From a virus (Duplodnaviria; Caudoviricetes), in IMG/VR virus record IMGVR_UViG_3300010362_000012, positions 20,425 through 84,424 of that record: 64,000 nucleotides of DNA. One strand, 5' to 3'. A program made the translations under genes and the position numbers. Under the pieces are notes generated by a model that did not search any database, was not told the origin of the DNA, and worked only from the letters and a program-made list of their open reading frames with translations. Below, piece after piece: positions 51,846-62,024 of the stretch. Each line of letters begins with the position of its first letter. Position 1 is the first letter of the stretch.

Positions 51846-53201
51846 ATGAGTCGTTTACAGGATGTCGTTCTCCGCGACGTGATCGCCTCGCGACCGGCGG
51901 CGACGGCCGTGCCGGCCGGCACATTGTTTTTCGCCACGGACACGCAAGTCACCACGCGGTCCAATGGCAGCGCGTGGGAGAGCTATTCCTCAGCGGCCGC
52001 CGCTGGTGATGTGGTCGGTCCCTCGGGTGCGGTGGACCAGGCCATTGTGATCTTCAACGGCACGACGGGCAAGCTCCTCGCCGACAGCACGGTGGTCGTC
52101 GGATCGCTGGCCCCGAAGGCCTCGCCGGCGCTGACCGGCACACCGACCGCGCCGACGGCCGCGGCTGGCACCGACACCACGCAGATTGCGACGACGGCGT
52201 TCGTCCAGGACGAAGTCGCGGCGGTCCCATCCTCGATCTTCAGCTACGAGTTCTCGGCATCCACCAGCACGCCGCCTGGCGCGAACCAACTGCGATTCGA
52301 TGCGGGATCGCCGTACACCGCCGTGACGAAAGTCTGGGCGCGAATCGTCACGGCGGGCGGCGTCGATGTCTTCAATGCCCTGCGGCTGCTCGCGGTCGGG
52401 GATCGCATCAACGTCCAGGACAAAAACGATCACACGCAATACGTCTCCTTCACCGTCAGCGGCGCGCCGATCGACAACACGACCTATTTCGAGATTCCCG
52501 TCACGCATCTCGAGCATGGCAGCGCGCTGTCTGGTGGGCAGCCGGTGCTGTTTCAGAGTGTCGGTCAAGGGAGCGGGGCGACGTCAGGCACGGTCACGCA
52601 CACGGTCGGCGCGCTCACCGATCACGCGGTCGTCGTCGGCAACGGGGCGGATGACATCCAAGTGCTGAGCTCGCTCGGCACCAGCGTGCTCGTGCTGCAT
52701 GGCAACGCCAGTGGGGATCCGACATGGAGTGCCGTCAGCCTCACGGCCGACGTGACCGGCGTGCTGCCGGCGGCGAATGGCGGCGCCGCGCAAGCCGTCG
52801 GGACCAGCGACACCCCGCAGTTCGCACGCGTCGGCCTCGGCACGGCCGCGGACTCGAGCGCGGTCCTCAAAGCAAACGGTCAGATCTACAGCGCGACGAA
52901 GGACGATGGCAATACCTCGACGGCCGTCACCTTCAACTGGAACGACAGCAACAACCACGAAGCGACGATGACCGGCGCGGCGGCCGTCACGTTGAGCAAT
53001 CCGAAAGATGGGGCCACCTACGGGATCCTCTTGAAGGGTGGCGCCGGCGGGTTCACGCCCACCTGGCCGGGCACCGTCGTCTGGGGCAACGGCGTGTCGC
53101 CGACCTATCCGATCGCGTCGGGGCACAGTCATCTGGTGCGGATGCAGTACTTCGCGTCGATCAGCAAGTATCTGGCGGGCTGGGCGGATTTCGTCGCGTA
53201 G
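51846..53201 (+). CDS. Tail fibre protein
   Basis: LAPKASPALTGTPTAPTAAAGTDTTQIATTAFV fibre repeat; C-terminal FNW...TLSNP.DG...TWP..V.W.G. Confidence 0.75.
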   Translation: MSRLQDVVLRDVIASRPAATAVPAGTLFFATDTQVTTRSNGSAWESYSSAAAAGDVVGPSGAVDQAIVIFNGTTGKLLADSTVVVGSLAPKASPALTGTPTAPTAAAGTDTTQIATTAFVQDEVAAVPSSIFSYEFSASTSTPPGANQLRFDAGSPYTAVTKVWARIVTAGGVDVFNALRLLAVGDRINVQDKNDHTQYVSFTVSGAPIDNTTYFEIPVTHLEHGSALSGGQPVLFQSVGQGSGATSGTVTHTVGALTDHAVVVGNGADDIQVLSSLGTSVLVLHGNASGDPTWSAVSLTADVTGVLPAANGGAAQAVGTSDTPQFARVGLGTAADSSAVLKANGQIYSATKDDGNTSTAVTFNWNDSNNHEATMTGAAAVTLSNPKDGATYGILLKGGAGGFTPTWPGTVVWGNGVSPTYPIASGHSHLVRMQYFASISKYLAGWADFVA

Positions 53202-53207
53202 AGGACT

Positions 53208-55718
53208 ATGGCAACGCTCGCGAGTCTCGGTGGCAACTTCACGACCGCGGGGAGCTGGGCGCTCTGCGATGCCACATCCGCGCTCGATTCCGAAGCGAGC
53301 TCGGCGGCCGGGTCCACCGGCACGCAGGATTCCAACACGTTCATCCCGGCCGCCGTGGCGATCGACGCGGTCGGGATCAAGATTGCCTCGCGCGCCTCGG
53401 GCACCCCGTCGAACACGATCTCGATGATCCTTCGCAACAGCACGACGGCGACCAACATCGCGACCGTGACGATCAACGTCGCCGACCTCGATGTCTGCAC
53501 GACGAGCGACCATGCCGGCGGCTGGTATTTCTTCAAGCTCGGCGCGACCCACACCCCGAACGGCACCGATAGCTACGTTATTCGCATCACGATGTCGGCG
53601 ACGACGACGGCGGTCAGTCTGTGGGTATCGGCCGGCACGAACTGGGCGCGGCTGCTGCGGACGACGACGACGCAGGCGCCGGCGGCTGGCGACAAGCTGG
53701 TGATTGGCGGGGAGTTCACGGGCGCGGGGACCGGCACCAATATCAGCATCACCATGAACAACACGGCCACGACGACGTTCGGCGCCGTGGTCAGTACCTC
53801 CACGTTTCTCGCCACGCTCTCGATCGGCAAGCGCGGCACGCTCACCTGGGCCACGTCGTCGGCCACGAACTACGTGTTGCGCATGTCCGGCTTTCTGGTG
53901 GTGCATTCGGGCGGCGTCATGCAGCAGTACAGCTCCGGATCGCCCTGCCCGATCGATTCGACGGCGGTGATCGAATTCACGCCGACCTCGAGCGCCGACT
54001 CGGGCATCCTCATCTTGAATGGCGCGACGTGGACGAGCGAAGGGAATCCAGCGCGCACCGCGGGCAAGAGTTTCGACCGGACGTTGCTGACGGCCGACGC
54101 CGCCGCGGCGGCGACGTCGCTCACGATCGCGACCGACACCGGCTGGCTCAACGGCGACGAGATTGGGATCGCGCCGACGAAGCGGACGTCCTCGCAGTAC
54201 GAGCTGCGGACGCTCAACGCCAATGCCGGCGCCTCGAGCCTCTCGATCTCGAGCGGCCTGACCAACGCGCACGACGGCTCCGCGACGAACGGCATCCAGG
54301 CGGAAATCATTCTGCTCACGCGCAGCGTGAAGATTCGATCCACGTCCACCAGTCTCGCGGCGTATCTCTGGACGTCGGCAACCGCGGTCACGCTCCTCGA
54401 GTGGGTGGAGTTTCGCTACTGTGGGGGCAACGTCCAGACGCGGAGCACGGGCAGCGTCACCATCGGCACGACGACCGGCACGCTGACGGTCAATCGATGT
54501 GCGATCCGGGATCCGATTTACGCCGCCTTCGATTCGGATTCGGGGATTTCGACGTCGAACAATTTCACGATCACGAACAACGTCGTGTATGGCGGGACGG
54601 CGACGTTTGGCTTTCGCATCGCCAACGCGCAGACCACGTCCAATTGGTCCTTCACGAACAACATCATCCTGGGCACGAGCACCGGCTTTCAGTCGGCGAG
54701 TATGCGCGGCACGATCACCGGCAACACGGTCGCGGGGGCTGCGACGCGCGGCTTCGATTGGACGGACTCCACGTCGCCGATCGTGCTCGGATCCTTCGAC
54801 AACAACACAGCGCATTCCAACAACGAAGGCATTTACCTGAACAGCGTCATTGACGGGGGGCAATCGCTCACGGGTCTGACGGCCTGGCGGAATGGCGTGT
54901 CGGGCATTACGTTGAATGTCTCCGCGAACCACTACGTGGGTCTGCAATTGATCAATCCGCTGATCTTCGGGAACGCCACGGCGGGGATCTATTTGTCGCT
55001 CAGCAATCAAATCGCCATGCTGATCAAAGGCGGGGTCTTTGCGGGCGATTCGTCCTTCGGCCAGCCGGCCGGCGTGTTGTGCTCGACGGGCGTGCTGATC
55101 GACATCCGCTTAGAAACCTGCACCTTCGGCGTGGCGAGCGGGATCAAGGTCGCGCATTCTACGGGCGACTTCGACTTCAATTCCGTCAAACGACTCGTTC
55201 GTCTCTCGTTTTGGAATTGCAACATCGCGTCCTCGACGCGCTTCGCCAACACCACGAACCTCGTAGACGGCTCGTATTTCGCCGAGACAAAAAAGAATCA
55301 GACCGCCGGCTCGCATCAGAAGCAACTGCTGAAGCGCGGGACCGTGGCGGTCGACACCAGCACCGTCCATACCTCGACGGCGAGTCAGAAGCTGACGCCG
55401 TCCACGGCGACGGGCTTGAAGCTGCAGTCGGGACCGAAGCGCGCCCAGGTCGGCAACGGCAACACGGTCACCTTCAGTGCGTGGGTGCGGAAGGACGGCA
55501 GCTATGCGGGCGCGGCGGCGCGGCTGGTGCTCCGCGCGAATCCGGCGCTCGGCATCACCAGCGATACGGTCCTGGCGACGGCGGCGGCTGCGGCGAACAC
55601 GTGGGAGCAACTGAGCGGCACGTCGGCGAGCGTCACCGACAACGGTGTGCTCGAGGCGTATGTCGATTGTGATGGCTCGGCGGGCAACGTCTACGTGACC
55701 GACGAGGCGGTGAGCTGA
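53208..55718 (+). CDS. Tailspike/depolymerase-like protein (G8-like + right-handed beta-helix + CBM-like C-terminus)
   Basis: AEIILLTRSVKI; repeated TITNN/TITGNT/FDNNT rungs; TFSAWVRK...TWEQLSGT. Confidence 0.7.
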   Translation: MATLASLGGNFTTAGSWALCDATSALDSEASSAAGSTGTQDSNTFIPAAVAIDAVGIKIASRASGTPSNTISMILRNSTTATNIATVTINVADLDVCTTSDHAGGWYFFKLGATHTPNGTDSYVIRITMSATTTAVSLWVSAGTNWARLLRTTTTQAPAAGDKLVIGGEFTGAGTGTNISITMNNTATTTFGAVVSTSTFLATLSIGKRGTLTWATSSATNYVLRMSGFLVVHSGGVMQQYSSGSPCPIDSTAVIEFTPTSSADSGILILNGATWTSEGNPARTAGKSFDRTLLTADAAAAATSLTIATDTGWLNGDEIGIAPTKRTSSQYELRTLNANAGASSLSISSGLTNAHDGSATNGIQAEIILLTRSVKIRSTSTSLAAYLWTSATAVTLLEWVEFRYCGGNVQTRSTGSVTIGTTTGTLTVNRCAIRDPIYAAFDSDSGISTSNNFTITNNVVYGGTATFGFRIANAQTTSNWSFTNNIILGTSTGFQSASMRGTITGNTVAGAATRGFDWTDSTSPIVLGSFDNNTAHSNNEGIYLNSVIDGGQSLTGLTAWRNGVSGITLNVSANHYVGLQLINPLIFGNATAGIYLSLSNQIAMLIKGGVFAGDSSFGQPAGVLCSTGVLIDIRLETCTFGVASGIKVAHSTGDFDFNSVKRLVRLSFWNCNIASSTRFANTTNLVDGSYFAETKKNQTAGSHQKQLLKRGTVAVDTSTVHTSTASQKLTPSTATGLKLQSGPKRAQVGNGNTVTFSAWVRKDGSYAGAAARLVLRANPALGITSDTVLATAAAAANTWEQLSGTSASVTDNGVLEAYVDCDGSAGNVYVTDEAVS

Positions 55719-55933
55719 TGGCAGCGGTCACCGACAACGGCGGCACCGAAATCTACTGGTTCGACGGCGTGGCGTTCGACGGCGTGCGGAAAGCCTCGAG
55801 CCCGCCCGACGCCGGCACCGAGCTCTATTGGTACGAGGGCGTGCCGGCGAGCTCGCTGTTTCCGGTGAGCGGGGGCGGGGGGCCGACGCCAGGCGCGCCC
55901 GAAGCGTTCTACACGCTGATGATCGGTCTGTAA
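55718..55933 (+). CDS. Small hypothetical tail protein
   Basis: TGATG coupling; internal repeat GTE(I/L)YW(F/Y)(D/E)GV. Confidence 0.6.
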   Translation: MAAVTDNGGTEIYWFDGVAFDGVRKASSPPDAGTELYWYEGVPASSLFPVSGGGGPTPGAPEAFYTLMIGL

Positions 55934-55967
55934 CGGGTGGTACGATTTCGACGGAAGGACGGGCACG

Positions 55968-56759
55968 ATGCCAGGAGGAGGAATCGGCGGGGCGGGCTAC
56001 CTCAACGTCAGCAGCGGGCCGCGCGATCAGTACGGCAATGTGCCGCGTCAAATCCCGGCGGGCTACACCACGGACCCGAATACGGGCAAGTACATTCCGA
56101 TTGCGGGCTCGGCGACGGATGTCCTCACGCAGCGCGCCCGGCAGCAGCAGATCGAGGATCAGGCGCGCGCCACCACGTTTTCACGGACGGAAGCGGATCG
56201 CGCCGCACGGGATCAGCTCCGGACCAGGTTAATGGGCATGCTCGACCGGCCGGTCGAAACCTCCTACTCGACCGCCGGCTACGCGGCCGGCGGCGGGGGC
56301 GGCGGCGACGTCGGTCCAGTGCCACCCGAAATCGGCAAGATCGAACTGCCGGATACCTCAGCCGCCCAAGCGAATATCTTCGCCAGGGCGAAGGACCAAG
56401 TGGGCTTGGAAACTGCCGGCAGCCTGGCGTCGCTCAGGAGCGCGCTTGCCGGCCGGGGCATGTTGGGAGGCGGCGCCGAAGTTCGTGGCGCCCAGAACAT
56501 CCTGACGGCCGGGCAGGGGCAATTGGGCGACACCACGCGCGAGCAGGCGATTCAAGAGGCCAAGCGCCTGACCGACTTCGCGGAGATGGGCTACAAGGGG
56601 GCGATTGACCAGCGCGGCCAGGACATTACCGCGCGCGGCCAGAACATCACCGCCCGCGGCCAGGATATCGATGAACGCATTGCCGCGGCCAATCGCGCGG
56701 CCAACGCCAACCGGACGCGCTACGAAGGGATCAGCAATCTGCTCGGCCGGCTGTACTGA
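55968..56759 (+). CDS. DNA ejection/pilot-like protein
   Basis: RGQDITA-type repeats (21-bp tandem, 56613-56669); Ala/Gln/Gly-rich. Confidence 0.6.
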   Translation: MPGGGIGGAGYLNVSSGPRDQYGNVPRQIPAGYTTDPNTGKYIPIAGSATDVLTQRARQQQIEDQARATTFSRTEADRAARDQLRTRLMGMLDRPVETSYSTAGYAAGGGGGGDVGPVPPEIGKIELPDTSAAQANIFARAKDQVGLETAGSLASLRSALAGRGMLGGGAEVRGAQNILTAGQGQLGDTTREQAIQEAKRLTDFAEMGYKGAIDQRGQDITARGQNITARGQDIDERIAAANRAANANRTRYEGISNLLGRLY

Positions 56760-56760
56760 C

Positions 56761-57444
56761 ATGCCGAATTGGTCGATTAGCTCACTGTATCGTCGGGTCT
56801 TTCCAGGCGCGAGCCTGCTCGACGACCTGCCGGCGCCGGCGAGTCCGGATCGATCCGCGCAGATGCCGCAACCCTTGCGGCCTGGCGACCCCGTGGGGAA
56901 CGTCGCCGATCCGACGTTTGCCATCACCGACCCGCGTGAAGGCGGGCGCCTGACCGGCGGCAGCTATCCCGGCCTTGTCGCACGGGACGTCGCCACCGTC
57001 GCGCGACGCACCGGCGTCGATCCGCATACCGCGCTCGCCATGGGGCTGCAGGAATCGACCCTTGGTCGCACCCAGGCCAGCAATCCCCTGACGCTGTCGG
57101 CGCCGCATCCCATGGTGGATCCGACCACCGATCCGATCGCGTCCACGCTGGCGTCGTCCCCGCACTATCGCACCGCGCTCGAGGCGCACACGCGCGACGT
57201 CAATCTCACGAACGCGCTCGGCTATTTGAAGTCGCTGCAGCAGCGGTTGAGCACCAGTCCTGAGGAACGGCAGATCCAGGCGTACAACGGCCTCGGCCGC
57301 CCGCGGTTCGCGAGCACGGCCTATGGCGGCGTCGCGCCGGCGGAGCTCCCCGAAAACTTCTACGGCCGGCGGGTGCAAGACATTCGCGAAAACGTCGTGA
57401 AGACCAACCCGATGTTGACCCGGTTCGCGAGAGGTGGGGACTGA
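56761..57444 (+). CDS. Lytic transglycosylase/lysozyme-like virion protein
   Basis: GVDPHTALAMGLQES (catalytic Glu), N...ALGYLK, IQAYNGLG. Confidence 0.7.
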   Translation: MPNWSISSLYRRVFPGASLLDDLPAPASPDRSAQMPQPLRPGDPVGNVADPTFAITDPREGGRLTGGSYPGLVARDVATVARRTGVDPHTALAMGLQESTLGRTQASNPLTLSAPHPMVDPTTDPIASTLASSPHYRTALEAHTRDVNLTNALGYLKSLQQRLSTSPEERQIQAYNGLGRPRFASTAYGGVAPAELPENFYGRRVQDIRENVVKTNPMLTRFARGGD

Positions 57445-57445
57445 G

Positions 57446-57985
57446 ATGGCGATGCAATCCGTCCGCACGCTGCGTCAGAAGACCGTGCCCTTGCGCCCCT
57501 CAGCGGACGATGCCCGTCTGCAACAGATCGAAGACGAGTGGCAGCAGTATCCGGGGCGCGCACCCGGCGGGACCGGACTGACCGGCCTGCTGCCGAACGA
57601 CAGCCGCGGCTACTCGGACATGCTCAACGAGCAGACGGAGTACGCCAATCTCCTGCGGCGCCAAAAAGGACAGGGACCGCTGCAGGTCGTTCCACGCTAC
57701 CAGTTCGATGACGATCGATCGTTCACCGCCGGTGATGCGCTCGCCGGCGTGGAACGGTCGATGCCGTGGTATGTGCCGCCGCCGAAGCAGCCACAACAGC
57801 AACAGCCGGCCGCGCCGCAAGGGCCGCAGGCGCCGGCCGCGCCGCCCCCACCGAAGAACCGTGGTCAGCTCAAGGCGCAAGACGTTGCGGCGTACACCCC
57901 CGCGGTGCCGTCGCAGCAGCGGCTCGATCAAAGCGCCTCGATTGGCGCGTTGCGACGAGGCACCCTCCCGTACTACGGGATGTGA
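57446..57985 (+). CDS. Internal virion/ejection-like protein
   Basis: Pro/Gln-rich; operon context. Confidence 0.55.
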   Translation: MAMQSVRTLRQKTVPLRPSADDARLQQIEDEWQQYPGRAPGGTGLTGLLPNDSRGYSDMLNEQTEYANLLRRQKGQGPLQVVPRYQFDDDRSFTAGDALAGVERSMPWYVPPPKQPQQQQPAAPQGPQAPAAPPPPKNRGQLKAQDVAAYTPAVPSQQRLDQSASIGALRRGTLPYYGM

Positions 57986-57992
57986 GGGCACG

Positions 57993-59471
57993 ATGGCTGA
58001 TGAATTCGGGACGGAGGAAACGTGGGATCCCGCGACCGGCCTCTTCATCAAGAAGCGGCGCACGACCGATATCGTGCTGCCCAAAGATCCCACTGGCCCT
58101 ACCGATCGGTTTGGCGACGCGTATCGGTGGACCGCCGATACGCCCGACACGCTGGACGTCGTCAACTGGCCGTCGCCAGAGACGCGAGGTCCGGTCGGCC
58201 CGCCAAGCGCCGAACGAAAGGCGCAGATTGCCGCGGCCATCACGCCGCAACGCGTCGCCGGCTCGAGCGGGTTGAGTCCTGGCGACGCGATCGGCGTGCT
58301 GCGGCGCGCGTTCGGCGCGTTCGATCCGCGCTACAGCGAATCGCCCGCATCGGACCCGTCCGCGGCCTATGGTGATCCCGGCGGCGCGCTCGCGTTGAAT
58401 GCCCTGCGTGAGGGGCGCGCCGGCGAGCTCGAGGATCGCGTGCGTCGAGCGGAAGCCGCGGCCTTCCTGCCCACCGAAGGCTACGTGCAAGGTGAGCCGG
58501 GCCGACGTACGCGCAGCAACGCGAGCGCGCTGATGGATCTGTTCTTTCAGCGTGGCAACCTCGAGCAGCTCGGCGGCGAGATGGCCGCCGATCCGTTTAC
58601 GGGCACGGCCGAACAGCAGCGCGTCAGGGACGTGCAGGACGCGCTCGACAAAACGATGTTGAGTCAGCGTCCCGAAGTGGCGGCGGCGGCGGATGCCGCC
58701 GCGAAACGCAACGCGTTCGCCGAATTCCTCAAGCAGCAGGGCATCGACACCGGCAAGTACGCGGCGCGCGTCTCGCCGGAAGGACGGGCCGCCGCCGAGA
58801 TCGAACAGCAGATCGCCGGCGTCAAGAAGGCCGGGCAACCACAGACCTATTTCGACGCGCAGGGCAAGGCGCACACGGTGCGCTTCATCAACGGTGTGCC
58901 GGAAGAAGTGGCGATGCCGTTCGAATCGGCGGGCAAAACGAATCCGACCACACCGCAAACGCGCGATCGGCAAGCGCGCGCCGGCGAGATCCTGCCGCAC
59001 TTCGCCCGCGCCAACGATCTGCTGAATGAGGCCGAAGCGAAGGGCGTGCTCGGTCCACTGGCGGGCCGCACGATTGGGGAGTTCCTCGCCCACGAGGTGG
59101 GATCGACGGGTGATCCGGACACCGATCGGATCCTCGCTGCCCTGCAGATGAACATGACCGCGCTGAGCTCTGGCTTTGCCTCGCTGCATGGCCGCGGTGG
59201 CGCCAACGTCGGCATCGCCCACGAAATGAGCAATCAGCTCAACAAGCGGAAGATGACGGCCGACGCGATTCGCGGCGCGCTCTACGAAATGCAGGATTGG
59301 ACGCGCGGCTACGCGGAAGGCCGGAACGGCGACCTGGCCGAAGTCGGCGCCGGTGGCGCGCCAGGTGGCGCGAGGCCTGCTGCGGGCAGTTTCCATATCA
59401 AGGGGCCGAACGGCGAAAGCGGATGGGTGCCAGCGGGTACCGAAGTGCCGGCCGGCTGGAAGAAGGAGTAA
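57993..59471 (+). CDS. Internal virion/ejection-like protein
   Basis: Helical, Ala-rich; GPLAGR...GRGG..GI..E pattern; C-terminal VPAGWKKE. Confidence 0.6.
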   Translation: MADEFGTEETWDPATGLFIKKRRTTDIVLPKDPTGPTDRFGDAYRWTADTPDTLDVVNWPSPETRGPVGPPSAERKAQIAAAITPQRVAGSSGLSPGDAIGVLRRAFGAFDPRYSESPASDPSAAYGDPGGALALNALREGRAGELEDRVRRAEAAAFLPTEGYVQGEPGRRTRSNASALMDLFFQRGNLEQLGGEMAADPFTGTAEQQRVRDVQDALDKTMLSQRPEVAAAADAAAKRNAFAEFLKQQGIDTGKYAARVSPEGRAAAEIEQQIAGVKKAGQPQTYFDAQGKAHTVRFINGVPEEVAMPFESAGKTNPTTPQTRDRQARAGEILPHFARANDLLNEAEAKGVLGPLAGRTIGEFLAHEVGSTGDPDTDRILAALQMNMTALSSGFASLHGRGGANVGIAHEMSNQLNKRKMTADAIRGALYEMQDWTRGYAEGRNGDLAEVGAGGAPGGARPAAGSFHIKGPNGESGWVPAGTEVPAGWKKE

Positions 59472-59474
59472 GTC

Positions 59475-61229
59475 ATGCCCCTACCGAAAGGGTTTATTTC
59501 GGACGCCGACGTGCCCGCGGGCTTCATGCCTGACTCGAGGTCACCCGTCGCGGCGCCGGCCGCGGCACCTGACGACAGCTTCACGTTCCAGCCCGGCGAA
59601 TCGACGGCGCACGCGATGCTGCGCTACGGCGGTCGAGAACTGCTGGGCGCCGCGCGCAGTCCGCTCGATGCGTTGAAGGGATTGCTGCAGCTCCCTGGCG
59701 CCGTCGTGAAGGGATGGACCGAAGATATTCCCACGCTGCTCCGCGATCCCTCGCTGCTCAAGGAACTACCAGGCGTGGCGGCGGACGCGGCGACATCGGT
59801 CGCGATGCACCCGGAGGAATTGGGATCGTTACTGGGACAAGCGGTCATCGGCAAAGCGGTGCCGACGGTTGTGCCCAAGGTTGGTCCCGCGCTGACGCGT
59901 GCCGGTGGCTTGGTGGAGTCGGCCGCCGGCGACATCGCGAATCAGGGCTTGCTGAAAGGCCTCTCGAAAGCGGTCGCGGCGCCGACGATCGAAAAGGGTG
60001 GTCAACTGCTACAACGCGCGGGCAAGGCCTTGGAGCCGATGGCGGCCGAGCGACCAGTCGCCAAGATTCCGACCGGGCCACGCACGCGCTATCTGGGCAG
60101 CAAGGAAGTGCCGTATCGCCTGCCCAGCGAGATGCCGACGGTCGATCCCTATAGCCCGAATATCAGCGGATTCGATCCGGCGGCGCCGGCGAGCGACATC
60201 GCCATGGGTGGCCCCTACGAGCCGCCAGGACCGCGCTGGTTCAGCGCCGCGGCGCAGCAGGGCACGGAGGCCTCGCCCGTTGACGTCCTGCAGCAGCGCA
60301 CGTTGCCGGCAGGACCGCAGCCGCGGGGCTTGCTGACGGCGGGCCAGGAACCGCGGGGCTTGCTGGGACCAGGACGCGTCTTCACCGGACCAAACAGCCT
60401 CGCCGAAGCCGACCTGCTCGACAGATGGCGCGCTCTCAAGGTCGGCGAAGAACAAGCGGCGCGCGCCGCCGCAAGGCAAGGCCCGGCGTTCGGCCCGCAG
60501 ACATTCGAGGCGTCGTTGCCAGACGTCCGCGATTTCAGCTTTGAAGGGCAGGCGAATCTGCGTCCTGGTGAGTTTGCGCCGGGTCCGGCGGCGCCAGGGT
60601 TTGAGGTCGGCGAGCCGTCGCCGTTCACCTACCATGGGACGGCCGACATGAACGCCGCGCCGACGGGTGCGCCGGGATTTGAGATTCAGCCGCCGATGGC
60701 GATGCGTGACGTCCCCGTTTCGCGCGCCACGCTGACGAACAACCTCCGCTCGCGCGCGATTCAAAACATGCAGCGGGCGCTCCGAGAAAGTCAGCCAGCA
60801 GCAGAACCGTCTGGAGCGTTGTCGCCGGAGCTGCGCCAGGCATTTGTCGATGAGGCGAATGCCGCCTTTGAGCCGCCAGCCCTCACCAAAGCGCAAGTCG
60901 CGGAGGTGCTCAAGCGGGCGAAAGGGCTGAGAAAAGGCGATATCTGGCCCACCCTGCAGCGGGAAGGCCTCGAGAGCGCGCTCGCCGATCCGTCGCTGAT
61001 GCCGGCAGAAACGACGGCGACGGCGACGGCGCCGACCGGGACGTCGTTCGAACCGCCGGCGACGTCGCCGGCGGAAACCCTGGTGGACAAATTGCGCGAG
61101 AGTCTGACCGAGAGCCCGAAAAAGATGAAGGGAACGAAGGGGACGAAAACGAAGCGCAGTCCCGCGCGGGGGAAGCGCGGGACGTTCTCACAGACGCGCG
61201 AGTGGAAACCCTATCAGGGCGGCGAGTAA
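59475..61229 (+). CDS. Internal virion/ejection-like protein
   Basis: MPLPKGFISD.DVPAGF start typical of podovirus ejection proteins; last gene of the late operon. Confidence 0.6.
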   Translation: MPLPKGFISDADVPAGFMPDSRSPVAAPAAAPDDSFTFQPGESTAHAMLRYGGRELLGAARSPLDALKGLLQLPGAVVKGWTEDIPTLLRDPSLLKELPGVAADAATSVAMHPEELGSLLGQAVIGKAVPTVVPKVGPALTRAGGLVESAAGDIANQGLLKGLSKAVAAPTIEKGGQLLQRAGKALEPMAAERPVAKIPTGPRTRYLGSKEVPYRLPSEMPTVDPYSPNISGFDPAAPASDIAMGGPYEPPGPRWFSAAAQQGTEASPVDVLQQRTLPAGPQPRGLLTAGQEPRGLLGPGRVFTGPNSLAEADLLDRWRALKVGEEQAARAAARQGPAFGPQTFEASLPDVRDFSFEGQANLRPGEFAPGPAAPGFEVGEPSPFTYHGTADMNAAPTGAPGFEIQPPMAMRDVPVSRATLTNNLRSRAIQNMQRALRESQPAAEPSGALSPELRQAFVDEANAAFEPPALTKAQVAEVLKRAKGLRKGDIWPTLQREGLESALADPSLMPAETTATATAPTGTSFEPPATSPAETLVDKLRESLTESPKKMKGTKGTKTKRSPARGKRGTFSQTREWKPYQGGE

Positions 61230-61230
61230 A

Positions 61231-61683
61231 TCAGATCCGTCGCGGATCGCGACAGAGCGCCACGAGCTCAGGGTGCCATGGGCCGTAGTGCCCGGTGCGT
61301 GCGTTTTCCTCACACGCCTGTCGCGGCGTGTAGCGCACGACCGAGTCGCGCTCCACGCGCGAGACGCGGTAGTACTCGGCGATCTCCACGCTGAAGCAGA
61401 TCCGCTGCCCGTTCCAGATGATGCCGTGGTCCCAGACGATCCACGCCCCGTCGGGGCGGCGCTCCTCGAGCCACGCGTGCGCGATCCGTCCGATGTTGCC
61501 CTGCTCGGCGGCGCCGTGGATGACGCCATGCACCAGGACGACCGTGTCGCTCTTGGCGATCATCGGTTCGTGCCGCACGCGGCGCTCGAGGAGCTCGAGC
61601 GCATCGTCGAAGCAGCGGTGGGTCGGAAGGATGACCTGGTGCGCGTCCATGGGTGGGTAGATTACGCTGTTGAACAGTCTCAT
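61231..61683 (-). CDS. Transglutaminase/papain-fold-like protein
   Basis: CFDDA...LVHG...AHAWLE...VWD, a Cys-His-Asp pattern; RBS AGGAG in a hairpin loop. Confidence 0.5.
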   Translation of the reverse strand: MRLFNSVIYPPMDAHQVILPTHRCFDDALELLERRVRHEPMIAKSDTVVLVHGVIHGAAEQGNIGRIAHAWLEERRPDGAWIVWDHGIIWNGQRICFSVEIAEYYRVSRVERDSVVRYTPRQACEENARTGHYGPWHPELVALCRDPRRI

Positions 61684-61719
61684 GTTTGCAGTGCTCCTAC
61701 ACTGCGACTGTGGGATTAG

Positions 61720-61756
61720 GGGCGCGCGCCGCGGTTGCCGCCGCGCGCGCGTCCCG
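61720..61756. terminator. Strong GC hairpin (terminator or RNA-stabilising element; no clear U-tract)
   Basis: About 14-bp stem, minus strand GGGACGCGCGCGCGG-CGGCAA-CCGCGGCGCGCGCCCC. Confidence 0.4.
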
Positions 61757-61766
61757 CCTTATCAGT

Positions 61767-62024
61767 TCACTCCCAGAATGCCGTGTACGTGACCTCGGTG
61801 TCGCCGACCGTCATCTGCCCGGCGAACAGGCGCCGCAGCGCCGTGCGCGTCTCGGTCGTCACGCGATAGACCGGAGGGCGCCGGCCTGGTGACGAGTCGA
61901 GCTGGCGCTGCTCCCGATGCTGCCAGATCGTCAGCAGACAGTCGTCGCAGAGCGTGCCGCCCGGCATCATCGCGCATTGCTGACAGATCGTCGTCGGGGT
62001 CGGTTCGGTCGTTGGTTCGGCCAT
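61767..62024 (-). CDS. Zn-finger hypothetical protein
   Basis: CQQC...CDDC; TAATG coupling. Confidence 0.6.
   Translation of the reverse strand: MAEPTTEPTPTTICQQCAMMPGGTLCDDCLLTIWQHREQRQLDSSPGRRPPVYRVTTETRTALRRLFAGQMTVGDTEVTYTAFWE

Noticed and set aside
59475-61229. Tape measure protein
   Set aside because: No tail tube, sheath or chaperone genes; Pro-rich rather than helical repeats; fits podovirus ejection proteins.
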